64,000 nt of DNA. Source: Candidatus Pacearchaeota archaeon (GTDB taxonomy: Archaea > Nanobdellota > Nanobdellia > Pacearchaeales > GW2011-AR1). Numbering within the stretch: the first letter of the stretch is position 1; every line of letters starts with the position of its first letter. Positions 9,526 to 18,373 of the stretch are shown here, one piece after another. The stretch is taken from assembly GCA_041649045.1 (NCBI GenBank), contig JBAZNV010000001.1:286728-350727 (forward strand), written 5' to 3'. Made by a program: the position numbers and the translations under genes. The notes beneath the pieces are model-generated. The model was given only the letters and a program-made list of their open reading frames with translations, was not told the DNA's origin and made no database searches.

Positions 9526-11454
9526 GTGAAAATGGCATACACGAATTATGAATCTTTTTATAATGGAAGCTATTCTGCTCTCAGCCCGGATTTTGGTGAA
9601 TATTTTTCTGGATATAGAATGAGCGCTGCGCAACTTGGTTTTCCGGGTTCACCCTCAACGGCTAATCAACTCGGCGAAACAGTTAACGCGTTAAAACAAG
9701 GTGTAAAAGCTTTCGAAGTTTCTCTTCTTGGAATTCAGGGCGACCCTGATCAAACAATACCAAAACAACATTTTAAAGAAATGCGAGCATTGATGAAATT
9801 ATCAGGAGTAAAGCCTTCTGTACATGGACCAATTGTAGACGCCGCAGGATTTGGTGAGCGAGGATGGGGTGGTGAAATTACAAGAGCAGATAATGAAAGA
9901 AGAATGTTTGATGCCTTGGAAAAAGCATACGAGCTTGACCCAACAGGTAAAATTCCTGTGGTTTTGCACTCAACAAACGGAATTCCAGGCAACGAATACC
10001 TTCCTGGTGAGAATGGCAAAATCGAAACCAACAAGGTTCATATTATAAATCTCGAAACAAATCAACTTGTCCCAATAGAAACAGAATATAAATACAGACC
10101 TGAGCAACCGAAATCACTCAAAGGCAAAGGGAAATTTTATAGCATAGACAGTCAAATTAGGTCGGCTAATCAAGGTGAATGGGAAAATAAATTAACAGAT
10201 CTTGCGACATTTAATAAACACGCTGATGAAGTTATTGGAGCGGCTCCTGTAGTTTTAAAAGAATATAGAAATGCAATAATTGACAGGGAAACTCATAAGG
10301 TTTACGAATTTGATTTTGAAAGAAATAAGAAGGGGCAGGAGCTCCCAAGTCTTGAGTCAGATCCGGGGAAACTTGAATATGCAGAAAAAATAAAAGATGC
10401 GGATATTTTTCTTGAAAATGTTCAACTTAATTTTGCAGGAGCATTCCATAAAGCCTACAAATACGGAAGTGATGAACAAAAAAAAAGGTTAGAAAAATTG
10501 TCAAATGATTACTCAAAAGGAATAAGGTCCTTAAGCTTTGGCGAAGGAAGATATTCGCCTGTTTGGTTACCAATAGAAAAAAGAAAAATTTTAGATAAAG
10601 CAATAACAGAATTGCAAGATATTACAGAAACAAAATATATAGAAAACTCTAAAGGCGGAATAGAAGAAGATCCAAATTATGGTGCGCCAAAACTTTTTCA
10701 GAAAGTTGAAGATTTTGCGATAAAGAAGGCAATAGAGACTTTTGGAAATTTAGCAATCAAGTCTTATGATAAATTCAAAGACAAGGCCCCAATAATTGCA
10801 GTTGAAAATATGTATCAAGGAATGGCATTTTCGCGAGCTGAAGATTTAAAAAAAATTATTGAGGATTCACGTGATCGTTTTGAGAATTATTTGATTGAAA
10901 AAGGAATGAAAAAAGATAAGGCTGAAAAATTGGCCGAAGAAAAAATTGGCGCTACTTGGGACGTGGGTCATTTAAATGTTATGAAAAAAAAAGGTTTTAC
11001 AGATAATGACATTATTGAAGAAACAAAAAAGATTAAAGATTATGTAAAACACATTCATTTGACAGATAATTTTGGTTACAGTGATTCGCATCTGCCACCC
11101 GGGATGGGAAATGTACCGATAAAAAAAATTCTTGAAGAGCTTGAAAAAAACGGGCGATTTGATGAAATGAGAAAAATAGTTGAAGCAGGAAACTTCGTCC
11201 AACACTTTAAAAAATCACCTCATCCTTTGACACTAAGCACTTTTGGTTCTCCAATTTATGGAATGGCTAACGCTCCGTATTGGAATCAGGGAATGGATAT
11301 GGTGGGTGGATATTTTGGAGGGTATGGGACGATAAACCCACAGCAACATCATTCATTATATGGGGCAGGTTTCACGTCAATGCCCGTAGAACTTGGCGGT
11401 GCAATGCCAGGAGCTCAAGGACAATCGAGATTTGGCGGAACGCCGATGGCATAG
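9526..11454 (+). CDS. hypothetical protein with xylose-isomerase-like TIM-barrel features and Gly/Tyr-rich C-terminal tail
   Basis: Motif VKHIHLTDNFGYSDSHLPPGMGNVPI resembles the metal-binding HxHxxD region of sugar-phosphate isomerase/epimerase TIM barrels. C-terminal GGYFGGYGT low-complexity tail. Confidence 0.4.
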   Translation: MKMAYTNYESFYNGSYSALSPDFGEYFSGYRMSAAQLGFPGSPSTANQLGETVNALKQGVKAFEVSLLGIQGDPDQTIPKQHFKEMRALMKLSGVKPSVHGPIVDAAGFGERGWGGEITRADNERRMFDALEKAYELDPTGKIPVVLHSTNGIPGNEYLPGENGKIETNKVHIINLETNQLVPIETEYKYRPEQPKSLKGKGKFYSIDSQIRSANQGEWENKLTDLATFNKHADEVIGAAPVVLKEYRNAIIDRETHKVYEFDFERNKKGQELPSLESDPGKLEYAEKIKDADIFLENVQLNFAGAFHKAYKYGSDEQKKRLEKLSNDYSKGIRSLSFGEGRYSPVWLPIEKRKILDKAITELQDITETKYIENSKGGIEEDPNYGAPKLFQKVEDFAIKKAIETFGNLAIKSYDKFKDKAPIIAVENMYQGMAFSRAEDLKKIIEDSRDRFENYLIEKGMKKDKAEKLAEEKIGATWDVGHLNVMKKKGFTDNDIIEETKKIKDYVKHIHLTDNFGYSDSHLPPGMGNVPIKKILEELEKNGRFDEMRKIVEAGNFVQHFKKSPHPLTLSTFGSPIYGMANAPYWNQGMDMVGGYFGGYGTINPQQHHSLYGAGFTSMPVELGGAMPGAQGQSRFGGTPMA

Positions 11455-11491
11455 TCATTAAACTTATAAATACCAGAATATTGTTTAAAAA

Positions 11492-11752
11492 ATGAACTTG
11501 ACGGGAAAGAGGTTAGATAGCCATAAAAAATTGGCTCAGGAAAGAACAATTTTATCCGTCGAAAGAAGCACTCTTTCTTACGTAAGGACCGGACTCGCTT
11601 TTTTTGTTTTGGGTGTAGCTCTAATTAGATTTTTTGAAGGAAACATAAAGTACATTTACGCTGGATATTCGACCCTTATTATAGGAATAATTTTAATTAT
11701 ATTGGGGATAATTTATTATCCTATAAGAAAGAAAAAAATATTAAAATATTAA
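11492..11752 (+). CDS. DUF202 (YidH-like) small membrane protein
   Basis: ERTILSVERSTLSYVRTGLAFFVLG motif followed by two TM segments. Confidence 0.5.
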   Translation: MNLTGKRLDSHKKLAQERTILSVERSTLSYVRTGLAFFVLGVALIRFFEGNIKYIYAGYSTLIIGIILIILGIIYYPIRKKKILKY

Positions 11753-11756
11753 TTTG

Positions 11757-12635
11757 TTACTTTCTTATTTTCCCCTCTTGCCAATCTCGAAGAATTGCCC
11801 TTGCCGTTCTATCAATATTTGTTTCTCCAGCTTTTTTCAAAAAACCCTTCTTCTTCCCAAGTTCTTCAATCAAGATTTGAGAATCGCCTTTTGCATCAAT
11901 CTCATAAAATTTTTCAATTTTCTTGGAATTTTTTTGCATCAAAAAATAAACGATATCTTCGGGATTTTTAACATCATTAAATGATCTGGCCCCAACCATT
12001 GCGTCGAATGAAAGATTTTCCTCTTTTGAATTTGAATATTTTTCATCGGGAATCACTCCAGGAGTGTCCAAAATTTGAATTTCGTCTGTCAGCCTGATTT
12101 TTTGCAATCCTTTCGTGAAACCCGCCTGTTTGGATATTTTCGCAGATCCTTTTCGTGTAATAAGGTTAATAAGAGAACTTTTTCCCGTATTCGGATATCC
12201 TATTATCCCAACTTGAATTCTTATTTTTTCTTCCATCTCGACTCTTTTCGCTTCAATTTTTATTCGATTTCTTAAATCCTTGGCGCCTTGCCCCGTCTTA
12301 GACGAAACAAAAACATATGGATACATTTTTCTATCAAGTTCTTTTTCTAATTTGCTGACATCAACCAAATCGCATTTATTCAAAACAAATATGATTTTCT
12401 TGCCTAAATCTTTAATTTTATTTTCAAGTTCAAAATTTCTTGTCTCTTCAATAAAACGCGCATCTAAAACTTCAAGTATAATGTCTGAAATATCGATCAC
12501 TTTTCTAACTACGTCCGGGTATTTTCCTCGTTGTTTCAAAATGTTTGCTATGTGCCCGGTATGCCGAGATCCAAAACTATAACGAACTCTCATGAAAATA
12601 AAAAGGACGGGGAGTTTAAAAATTAGAGTTTTCAC
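11757..12635 (-). CDS. circularly permuted ribosome-biogenesis GTPase (YlqF/RbgA/Nug1-like)
   Basis: Motif order is G4 (NKCDL), then G1 (GYPNTGKSS), then G3 (DTPG), which is the permuted arrangement. The true start is probably an internal Met (MRVRY). Confidence 0.7.
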   Translation of the reverse strand: MKTLIFKLPVLFIFMRVRYSFGSRHTGHIANILKQRGKYPDVVRKVIDISDIILEVLDARFIEETRNFELENKIKDLGKKIIFVLNKCDLVDVSKLEKELDRKMYPYVFVSSKTGQGAKDLRNRIKIEAKRVEMEEKIRIQVGIIGYPNTGKSSLINLITRKGSAKISKQAGFTKGLQKIRLTDEIQILDTPGVIPDEKYSNSKEENLSFDAMVGARSFNDVKNPEDIVYFLMQKNSKKIEKFYEIDAKGDSQILIEELGKKKGFLKKAGETNIDRTARAILRDWQEGKIRK

Positions 12636-12638
12636 AAA

Positions 12639-12836
12639 TTATTTGCTCATTGAACCTCTATCGCAATCTTTATTTGGGAAGTAGGGAGCGGGTACCCCAT
12701 AAAGAATCATCCTTCCATTTATATCATAAATAATTTTTCTCCCAAAATTATTTGATGGTTTTTTATCTGGTCTGGTATGGGGATGAAACGACATTCCTAC
12801 TCTTGCGACCAAATCACCTGAGTTTTCATCACCCAT
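12639..12836 (-). CDS. hypothetical small protein
   Basis: 65-aa ORF between the GTPase and the MutS-like gene. No motif recognised. Confidence 0.2.
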   Translation of the reverse strand: MGDENSGDLVARVGMSFHPHTRPDKKPSNNFGRKIIYDINGRMILYGVPAPYFPNKDCDRGSMSK

Positions 12837-12859
12837 AGCATTTTTTAATATTTTGCTCT

Positions 12860-14581
12860 TTATATATCTTTTTTCAAGCTTTTTTGCAAATGTCTAAAGT
12901 ATTCTTCATCAAAAAAGTTTGCCATTCTTTCTACGATTAATTCCGGCGTTGAATGAGCGAGTCTTCCCATCACGGGATTATGATCTACTATTAAATTAAA
13001 ATTTTCATCAAGGCCCTTCGCTTCTATCCCATCAATCCTGGTGAATTCCGGCAAAGTTTTTTTAATTTCCTGTCCCAGATGTGTCGCAATCACAAGAAAA
13101 CAATTTTTTTTCACGAAATAATCTATTGTTGCTGAAATAATCTTGCCAGCAACGCCCGGCTCTGTAACTGCTTCTATTTCGTCAGCTAAAATCAGTGTCT
13201 GATTACCGGGTTTAATTTTCGACATTTGTGAAAGCAGTGTCTCAAATGCCCCTTTCGAGGCCGAACCTTTATTTTTAGCAAAATAATATATTTCGGAAAA
13301 TATTGGCATATGGATTTCTCCATCAATAGGCAAGCCTAACTGGAACAAGCTTATATTTTGTAAAATATGTTCGAGCAAAGTTGTTTTCCCGCCAGAGTTC
13401 GCACCGGTCAAAACAGAACATTTATTGAATTTATCAAGCTGAAATGAAATGGGTGTTGCGTTTTTTAAGAAAATGTTTTTTGCATCCGAAAAGTATAAAT
13501 TTTCCGAATATATTGGGAATCTTTTTCCTTCATTGATCCATAAATAAATGCCATTGCAAAAATCTTCAACTAAAAGTAAGGCGGACAATTTCTCGAGAAT
13601 TTTTGGAATTTGTTTAAGTTCTTTTGAATTTTTCTTTATTCTTTCAGCCAAATTCGTGAATTCATTCGTGCTTTCTCTTTTTATTTGTGCGTCAAGTTCT
13701 TCGCGATCAATTGTAACTGGAATTTTTATATTGAATAAATGTTCCGGCAAACCGCTTTCCTCAACGCTTTTTCTGATAATTTCAACAATTTTTTGAGGCA
13801 TTTTCCCCTGACCAAGAATATTCAAAAGCCCCTCTCCTGTAATTGTCATCTGCTTGATCTCATGCGAAATTTTCCCATTAATATCTTCGAGCATTCTTTC
13901 AATTTCTGATTCGGAAATGATTTTTCCTTCCTGATTGTCAATTAAATCAAAAAGTTTGGATAAAAAATTTATCAAATCATTCATCTCGTCAGAGGTCTTT
14001 TCTTTCGACAAAACATCAAAATTTTCTTTCCATCCTGAAAGAATTTCAAGGTATCTTTCAAGATAAATATTTTCGATTGAATCAATAAAAATTGTTTGCG
14101 GCAGTCTTTCAAGGAGAATCTTGAAATCATTGCAATCAATCATTTGAATGATATCATATTTTTCTAAATCCAAAATATCATTTTCGCTAATCAATAAAAT
14201 CGCTGTGCATCCGAGCTTATCTAGTTGAACAAATGTCGCTTCGTCTTCGGTAACTGCCGCGATTTCATAACGTGGTTTCCATTTCTTTCTTGGTGCAATC
14301 ATTTTGTTTAAAAAAGTCTTGCCTGATTTTGGAAGTTCTCTGAAAAAATCCTGCCTTCTTTTTATTTCAGAAAAATTTTTTGTAAAATTAAAAAAATTCC
14401 AAAGATTAAATGTGTCTTCGAAAACAAAATTTGCTGAAATTTGGTTAATTAATTTTTGGTGAACCGACCTGGCGTCCCGTGTTTTAAAAATATTTTCTCC
14501 TGAGATTTTAATCAAACTTTTGTCTTCATTAAAAGGATTCAGATTATTTGTTATAGCAAAATCCATAAGTTCCTCTTTCAT
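12860..14581 (-). CDS. MutS-family ATPase (archaeal MutS2-like)
   Basis: MutS domain V Walker A (TGANSGGKTTLL), downstream DE Walker B, and ABC signature-like region. Confidence 0.7.
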   Translation of the reverse strand: MKEELMDFAITNNLNPFNEDKSLIKISGENIFKTRDARSVHQKLINQISANFVFEDTFNLWNFFNFTKNFSEIKRRQDFFRELPKSGKTFLNKMIAPRKKWKPRYEIAAVTEDEATFVQLDKLGCTAILLISENDILDLEKYDIIQMIDCNDFKILLERLPQTIFIDSIENIYLERYLEILSGWKENFDVLSKEKTSDEMNDLINFLSKLFDLIDNQEGKIISESEIERMLEDINGKISHEIKQMTITGEGLLNILGQGKMPQKIVEIIRKSVEESGLPEHLFNIKIPVTIDREELDAQIKRESTNEFTNLAERIKKNSKELKQIPKILEKLSALLLVEDFCNGIYLWINEGKRFPIYSENLYFSDAKNIFLKNATPISFQLDKFNKCSVLTGANSGGKTTLLEHILQNISLFQLGLPIDGEIHMPIFSEIYYFAKNKGSASKGAFETLLSQMSKIKPGNQTLILADEIEAVTEPGVAGKIISATIDYFVKKNCFLVIATHLGQEIKKTLPEFTRIDGIEAKGLDENFNLIVDHNPVMGRLAHSTPELIVERMANFFDEEYFRHLQKSLKKDI

Positions 14582-14636
14582 CTAAAAAAATACTTAAATT
14601 TGTTTATAAAAATTATTGTGACAAAAAGCTATTCGC

Positions 14637-15647
14637 TTACAAAGGATTTTTCTTGTCTCCTTCCGTGGTACCTGTTCTTCTCATATTATCAACAAACCCC
14701 TTCACTGCGGGAGAATTTCTTATATCATTTCTATCTTGATTATTTTTTAACTGGTCCATTTTATCTAAGCGATTATATAAGTCTTCTTTTTGAACTTCAG
14801 CCAAATTTCCTTCCTTTAATTCTTTTATTTTTCGCTCATCCTCTTCTAGTTTTCTTTGCGCCTCTTCAAGTCTTTTTCTTCTCATTCTCTCTTCGGGATT
14901 TAACTCTCTATAAATTTGTATTTGCTTTTCTTCGGAAGCCAGTTTTTTTTTCGCCTCTTCAATTTTTAATCTTCGCAGATTTATTTCCTTGATTTTTTTA
15001 AGCTCCTCTTCTTTTTCTTTCACTTGATGTTCTATTTTCTCAAGCTCTTTTTCTTCCGGATCTTTTTTTATTTTCATGTTTTTAAAAAATATAAAGTATA
15101 TTCCCAATAAAATCAAGATCAATATTATCATGCATATTGCAATAACCATATAATTTATTTTTCCTTCTTCCGTCGTAAAAATAGATTTCCCATTAAAAAT
15201 ATCATTAAAAACATTTTGTTTTTTTTCGGTGTCATTCAAACTTTCCGACTTATTTGATGAATTAATTGTTGAGTTTGTCGTTACGTTTAGAATAGCTTCT
15301 TCGGTGTAAACCGATATTATACAATCAATGGGAACACAGTCGATCAGGTATGGTACATCGGTTTCTTTGTTGTCAAATTTACTCTCTCTGATTTTATTTT
15401 TTCCGCTATCGGTAATAATGACTTGAAATTTGGCAGACGACTCCATTAAAGAAAAAAAGGTAACATTAAATAAGCCATTACTATCTGCAATTCCTTCCTT
15501 CATGACGATTAGCGGGCCAGACCCTGCAGTCCAAGCATAAACTTTGACCTGATTCCCGGGAGTTGTTTTAACAGTTATTGGATCATCCATAGCGACAACA
15601 TAACAAATTAAAAACACAGCCAACAAGATCACAATTTTTTTCTTCAT
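14637..15647 (-). CDS. membrane protein with signal/TM N-terminus and K/E-rich coiled-coil C-terminus
   Basis: N-terminal MKKKIVILLAVFLICYVVA hydrophobic segment, an internal TM segment, and a long EEK/KEL coiled-coil. Confidence 0.4.
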   Translation of the reverse strand: MKKKIVILLAVFLICYVVAMDDPITVKTTPGNQVKVYAWTAGSGPLIVMKEGIADSNGLFNVTFFSLMESSAKFQVIITDSGKNKIRESKFDNKETDVPYLIDCVPIDCIISVYTEEAILNVTTNSTINSSNKSESLNDTEKKQNVFNDIFNGKSIFTTEEGKINYMVIAICMIILILILLGIYFIFFKNMKIKKDPEEKELEKIEHQVKEKEEELKKIKEINLRRLKIEEAKKKLASEEKQIQIYRELNPEERMRRKRLEEAQRKLEEDERKIKELKEGNLAEVQKEDLYNRLDKMDQLKNNQDRNDIRNSPAVKGFVDNMRRTGTTEGDKKNPL

Positions 15648-15825
15648 AAAGAAATATATTTTATTAGTTTAAAAAGTTTTTTAATTTGGATTTTAAAGTT
15701 TTATTACTTTTTGTTAGTATAATAGTAATAAAAGTAGACTCGATTGAAAAGTTATATAATTTTTATTCCCAAAAGAAGTAATTAAAGTCTTTATAGGAAG
15801 GTCCTTGTTGCTTTTATAAGTTCAG

Positions 15826-16086
15826 GTGTTTGAAACAAAAAAGCCAGACATTGTTTTTAAGATAAATAACATTGAATATGCGATTGAAGTTGAAACTGGA
15901 AAAATACTTAAGCATAACACAAAACAGCTTTTAGAAAAAATAAGATTATTAAAAAAAGATTTTGGAGACAACTGGTTTTTTGTAGTTACTAATAGAAAAG
16001 ATTTCAAAAAATACAATCAATTAGGAAAAACACTTACAAAACTGACCTTGATAAATCAGTTAAACAAAATTTTAAAAAATAAATAG
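15826..16086 (+). CDS. hypothetical small protein (possible minimal nuclease-like fold)
   Basis: 86-aa ORF. The PDIVF...IEVETGK arrangement is loosely PD-(D/E)xK-like. Weak. Confidence 0.2.
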   Translation: MFETKKPDIVFKINNIEYAIEVETGKILKHNTKQLLEKIRLLKKDFGDNWFFVVTNRKDFKKYNQLGKTLTKLTLINQLNKILKNK

Positions 16087-16188
16087 GTGCACAAAACAAC
16101 GCAATAAGTTTTTTTAAGAATTCGGCAGATTTTAGCTATTTTGCCGAATATAAAATAATTTGGGAAATAAGAGAACGCACCAAATGCA

Positions 16189-17262
16189 TTAATTATTAAT
16201 TAATTTTCTTTTACATTTCGCCTGATAAATCATACTTGCTACTCTTTTTCTTATTTTATAGCAATTAGCCCATTTTGCATGCGCATTCCATCCCTGAAAC
16301 GATTCCATTAACTGATTATGACTTATCCAATCCTTTTCATACTTTTTAATTTTAGAAATTATCTTTTTATAATTTCTTTTCCTTAAAAGTTTAAAATAAA
16401 AAAAATTTCTAAAGCCAACGAAATCGATACCTTTTGAAAGAGGTTTTACTTTAGATTTATCCTGATGCAATTCAAGTTTGAGGTCTTGTTTTAGAAAATT
16501 ATTAATTCTAATTTTCCAAATCTCTAATTGAATTTTATTTTTATGAAATAATATGAAATCATCGACATATCTAATATAATATTTTGCTTTTAGGGTATGT
16601 TTTGCAAAATAATCGAGTTTGTTTAGATAAACATTAGCTAAAAATTGCGAGGTAAGGTTTCCCAAGGGCATTCCAATGCCATTATTAATTTCTCCATTTA
16701 CCAATATTTTTTTAATTAGATTGATGAATTTTTCATCTTTAATTTTTTCATCTAGAATTTTTAATAATATTTCATGGTTAATTTCCATAAAATAATGGCG
16801 GATGTCTGCCTTCAAACAATATCCTTTTACAAAATTATTATTCAATTTTTTAGAGGATAATTCTCCATTATTTGATACCTTTTTAAAACATAAATGGAAC
16901 CTTTTAAGTGCAAACAAAGTTCCTTTGCCTTTTCTGTTTGCGCAACAATCATATATGAATATTTTTTCATATATGGGTTCTAATAAATTTATAATTGCAT
17001 GGTGAACTATTCTATCTCTGAAATGTGCTTTAGAAATTTTTCTAGTTTTTGGGTCACGTAGTATAAAAGTCTTAAGGGGTCTTGGAGAATAGGTTTCATT
17101 TATCAATTCTTTCTGCAAATCATCAAGACTATTTATTAAATTTTCCTGAAATTCTAAAACATAAGGTTTTCTTGTTTTACCTTTTCTGGCTTTTTTCCAC
17201 GCTAAGACTAAATTATTATAATCACAAACTTTTTCATAAAGATTATTATATGTTTTCACCAT
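16189..17262 (-). CDS. diversity-generating retroelement (DGR) reverse transcriptase
   Basis: RT motif 2 region (ANRKGKG), motif 4 LGNLTSQ matching the DGR-specific [IL]GxxxSQ, and motif 5 YVDD. ~357 aa, the typical DGR RT size. Lies immediately downstream of the template repeat. Confidence 0.85.
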   Translation of the reverse strand: MVKTYNNLYEKVCDYNNLVLAWKKARKGKTRKPYVLEFQENLINSLDDLQKELINETYSPRPLKTFILRDPKTRKISKAHFRDRIVHHAIINLLEPIYEKIFIYDCCANRKGKGTLFALKRFHLCFKKVSNNGELSSKKLNNNFVKGYCLKADIRHYFMEINHEILLKILDEKIKDEKFINLIKKILVNGEINNGIGMPLGNLTSQFLANVYLNKLDYFAKHTLKAKYYIRYVDDFILFHKNKIQLEIWKIRINNFLKQDLKLELHQDKSKVKPLSKGIDFVGFRNFFYFKLLRKRNYKKIISKIKKYEKDWISHNQLMESFQGWNAHAKWANCYKIRKRVASMIYQAKCKRKLINN

Positions 17263-17303
17263 TTTAAAAACACCTCTTTTCCCCGTTGTAAATACTTTGG
17301 CTA

Positions 17304-17413
17304 TTCCGAGCGAAGAATTCTCGTCTAAAATTTTATTTTTAAATTTCGAGTTTGACGGATCCCTGTTGCAATTGAAATTAGCCCTGTCGGAGTCCGCGTT
17401 GAACCTCGCAACA
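17304..17413 (-). repeat. DGR template repeat (TR)
   Basis: Intergenic copy of the sequence at 17674..17756. Every mismatch between the two copies is an A in this copy (minus-strand sense). Contains a 27-nt A-rich segment absent from VR. Confidence 0.75.
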
Positions 17414-17632
17414 CACTAGCAGTTTCATCCAAATAGACACCACAACTTTAATATTCGCTCATTTTCAAGGAACTTTACTTTCTTGAAAGTATCTTTGTTA
17501 CTAACTATTGTTGTTGAATTTTATGCAGAAAGCGAAACTTTCTGACTAATGAATCTGCATGTAGCCAAAATATTGGATTTACAACATTCGGGCGAAATTA
17601 TTAAAAAATGATGCTTTTTAAAATTAACTTTG

Positions 17633-18373
17633 TTAACTTTTTTGCGCGCTGGCGCCTTCGGCGCATGCATATACCCCGAGCGAAGAATACGAGTCTGACG
17701 GATCCCCGTTGCAATAGAAATCAGCCCAGTCGGAGTCCGCGAAGAACCTCGCAACAGAACCAGAAACTGGCGCCCAATAATATAAATTTCCATCCAAAAT
17801 ATTTTGAGAAGGTAACCCATGAGAGTTATTTGAATCAAGCCAGCTATCAAGCGAAATTCCTGGAGTTTTGTTTTGTGTAAGATAATCGGTTACTTTTTGA
17901 GAAAGATTTTTCCTGATTCCTTTCTCGATAACTTTTTCGGAAATCATATAAAGTTCTTTCTTTCTTTCCTGAAATTTTACATTAATCCAGTTTGATCGCC
18001 AAGGGCTTCTCACCTCGGTAATTTCTTTATACAAAGGATTTTTAGAATCACGAAGATATTTAAGAAATTCTCTAAACTGGTAAGGTGTAGGCATAAAAAG
18101 ATTTTGTTTTTCTAATTCTACTTGAGTATCATTCCAATTTCTTCCTAAATGCATCCTTTCGGGCGAAAAAGAAAGATTTAATGATGGAACATAAATCCAA
18201 TCGCCAGATATTTCCGCTGGATTAACGAGCTCAACTTCAGTTTCAATTTTAGTTTCTTCTCTTGTTTCCTTTTTTTTAGGTTTTCCTCCTGAAGTTCTAA
18301 GTGGCGCACTCTCGGCTATCTCGATTAAACTTCTTTGTTTTGGCAAATATGGTTTTATAAAATTAGGATTCAT
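17633..18373 (-). CDS. DGR target (variable) protein with C-terminal variable region
   Basis: The 3' end contains the VR. The C-terminal GNLYYW...SVARFFADSDW...GVYACAEG region is loosely reminiscent of CLec/FGE-type VR scaffolds. Start overlaps the stop of the upstream ATPase. Confidence 0.65.
   Translation of the reverse strand: MNPNFIKPYLPKQRSLIEIAESAPLRTSGGKPKKKETREETKIETEVELVNPAEISGDWIYVPSLNLSFSPERMHLGRNWNDTQVELEKQNLFMPTPYQFREFLKYLRDSKNPLYKEITEVRSPWRSNWINVKFQERKKELYMISEKVIEKGIRKNLSQKVTDYLTQNKTPGISLDSWLDSNNSHGLPSQNILDGNLYYWAPVSGSVARFFADSDWADFYCNGDPSDSYSSLGVYACAEGASAQKS
17652..17664 (-). other. GC-rich hairpin immediately 3' of VR (gcgcc-gaa-ggcgc on the coding strand)
   Basis: 5-bp GC stem with a 3-nt loop about 10 nt downstream of the VR end. 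This is the position where DGR VR hairpin/cruciform elements occur. Confidence 0.5.
17674..17756 (-). repeat. DGR variable repeat (VR)
   Basis: Matches the TR except at positions where the TR has A. Substitutions fall in TR codons AAC, AAT and AGG, giving TTC, GAT, TAT, GAC, TGG and GGG in frame. Confidence 0.75.

Larger units (their letters stand above)
16189..18373 (-). mobile_element. DGR cassette (target gene-VR, TR, RT)
   Basis: Canonical order on the minus strand: target gene with 3' VR, intergenic TR, then RT. No avd-like ORF seen. Confidence 0.75.

Noticed and set aside
17521-17880. ORFs 17521..17850 (minus) and 17608..17880 (plus) overlapping the VR and the end of the target gene
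   Set aside because: They lie in other frames over the DGR VR and hairpin region. The longer 246-aa frame is the one in which the adenine substitutions map to AAC/AAT codons, so these are artefacts.
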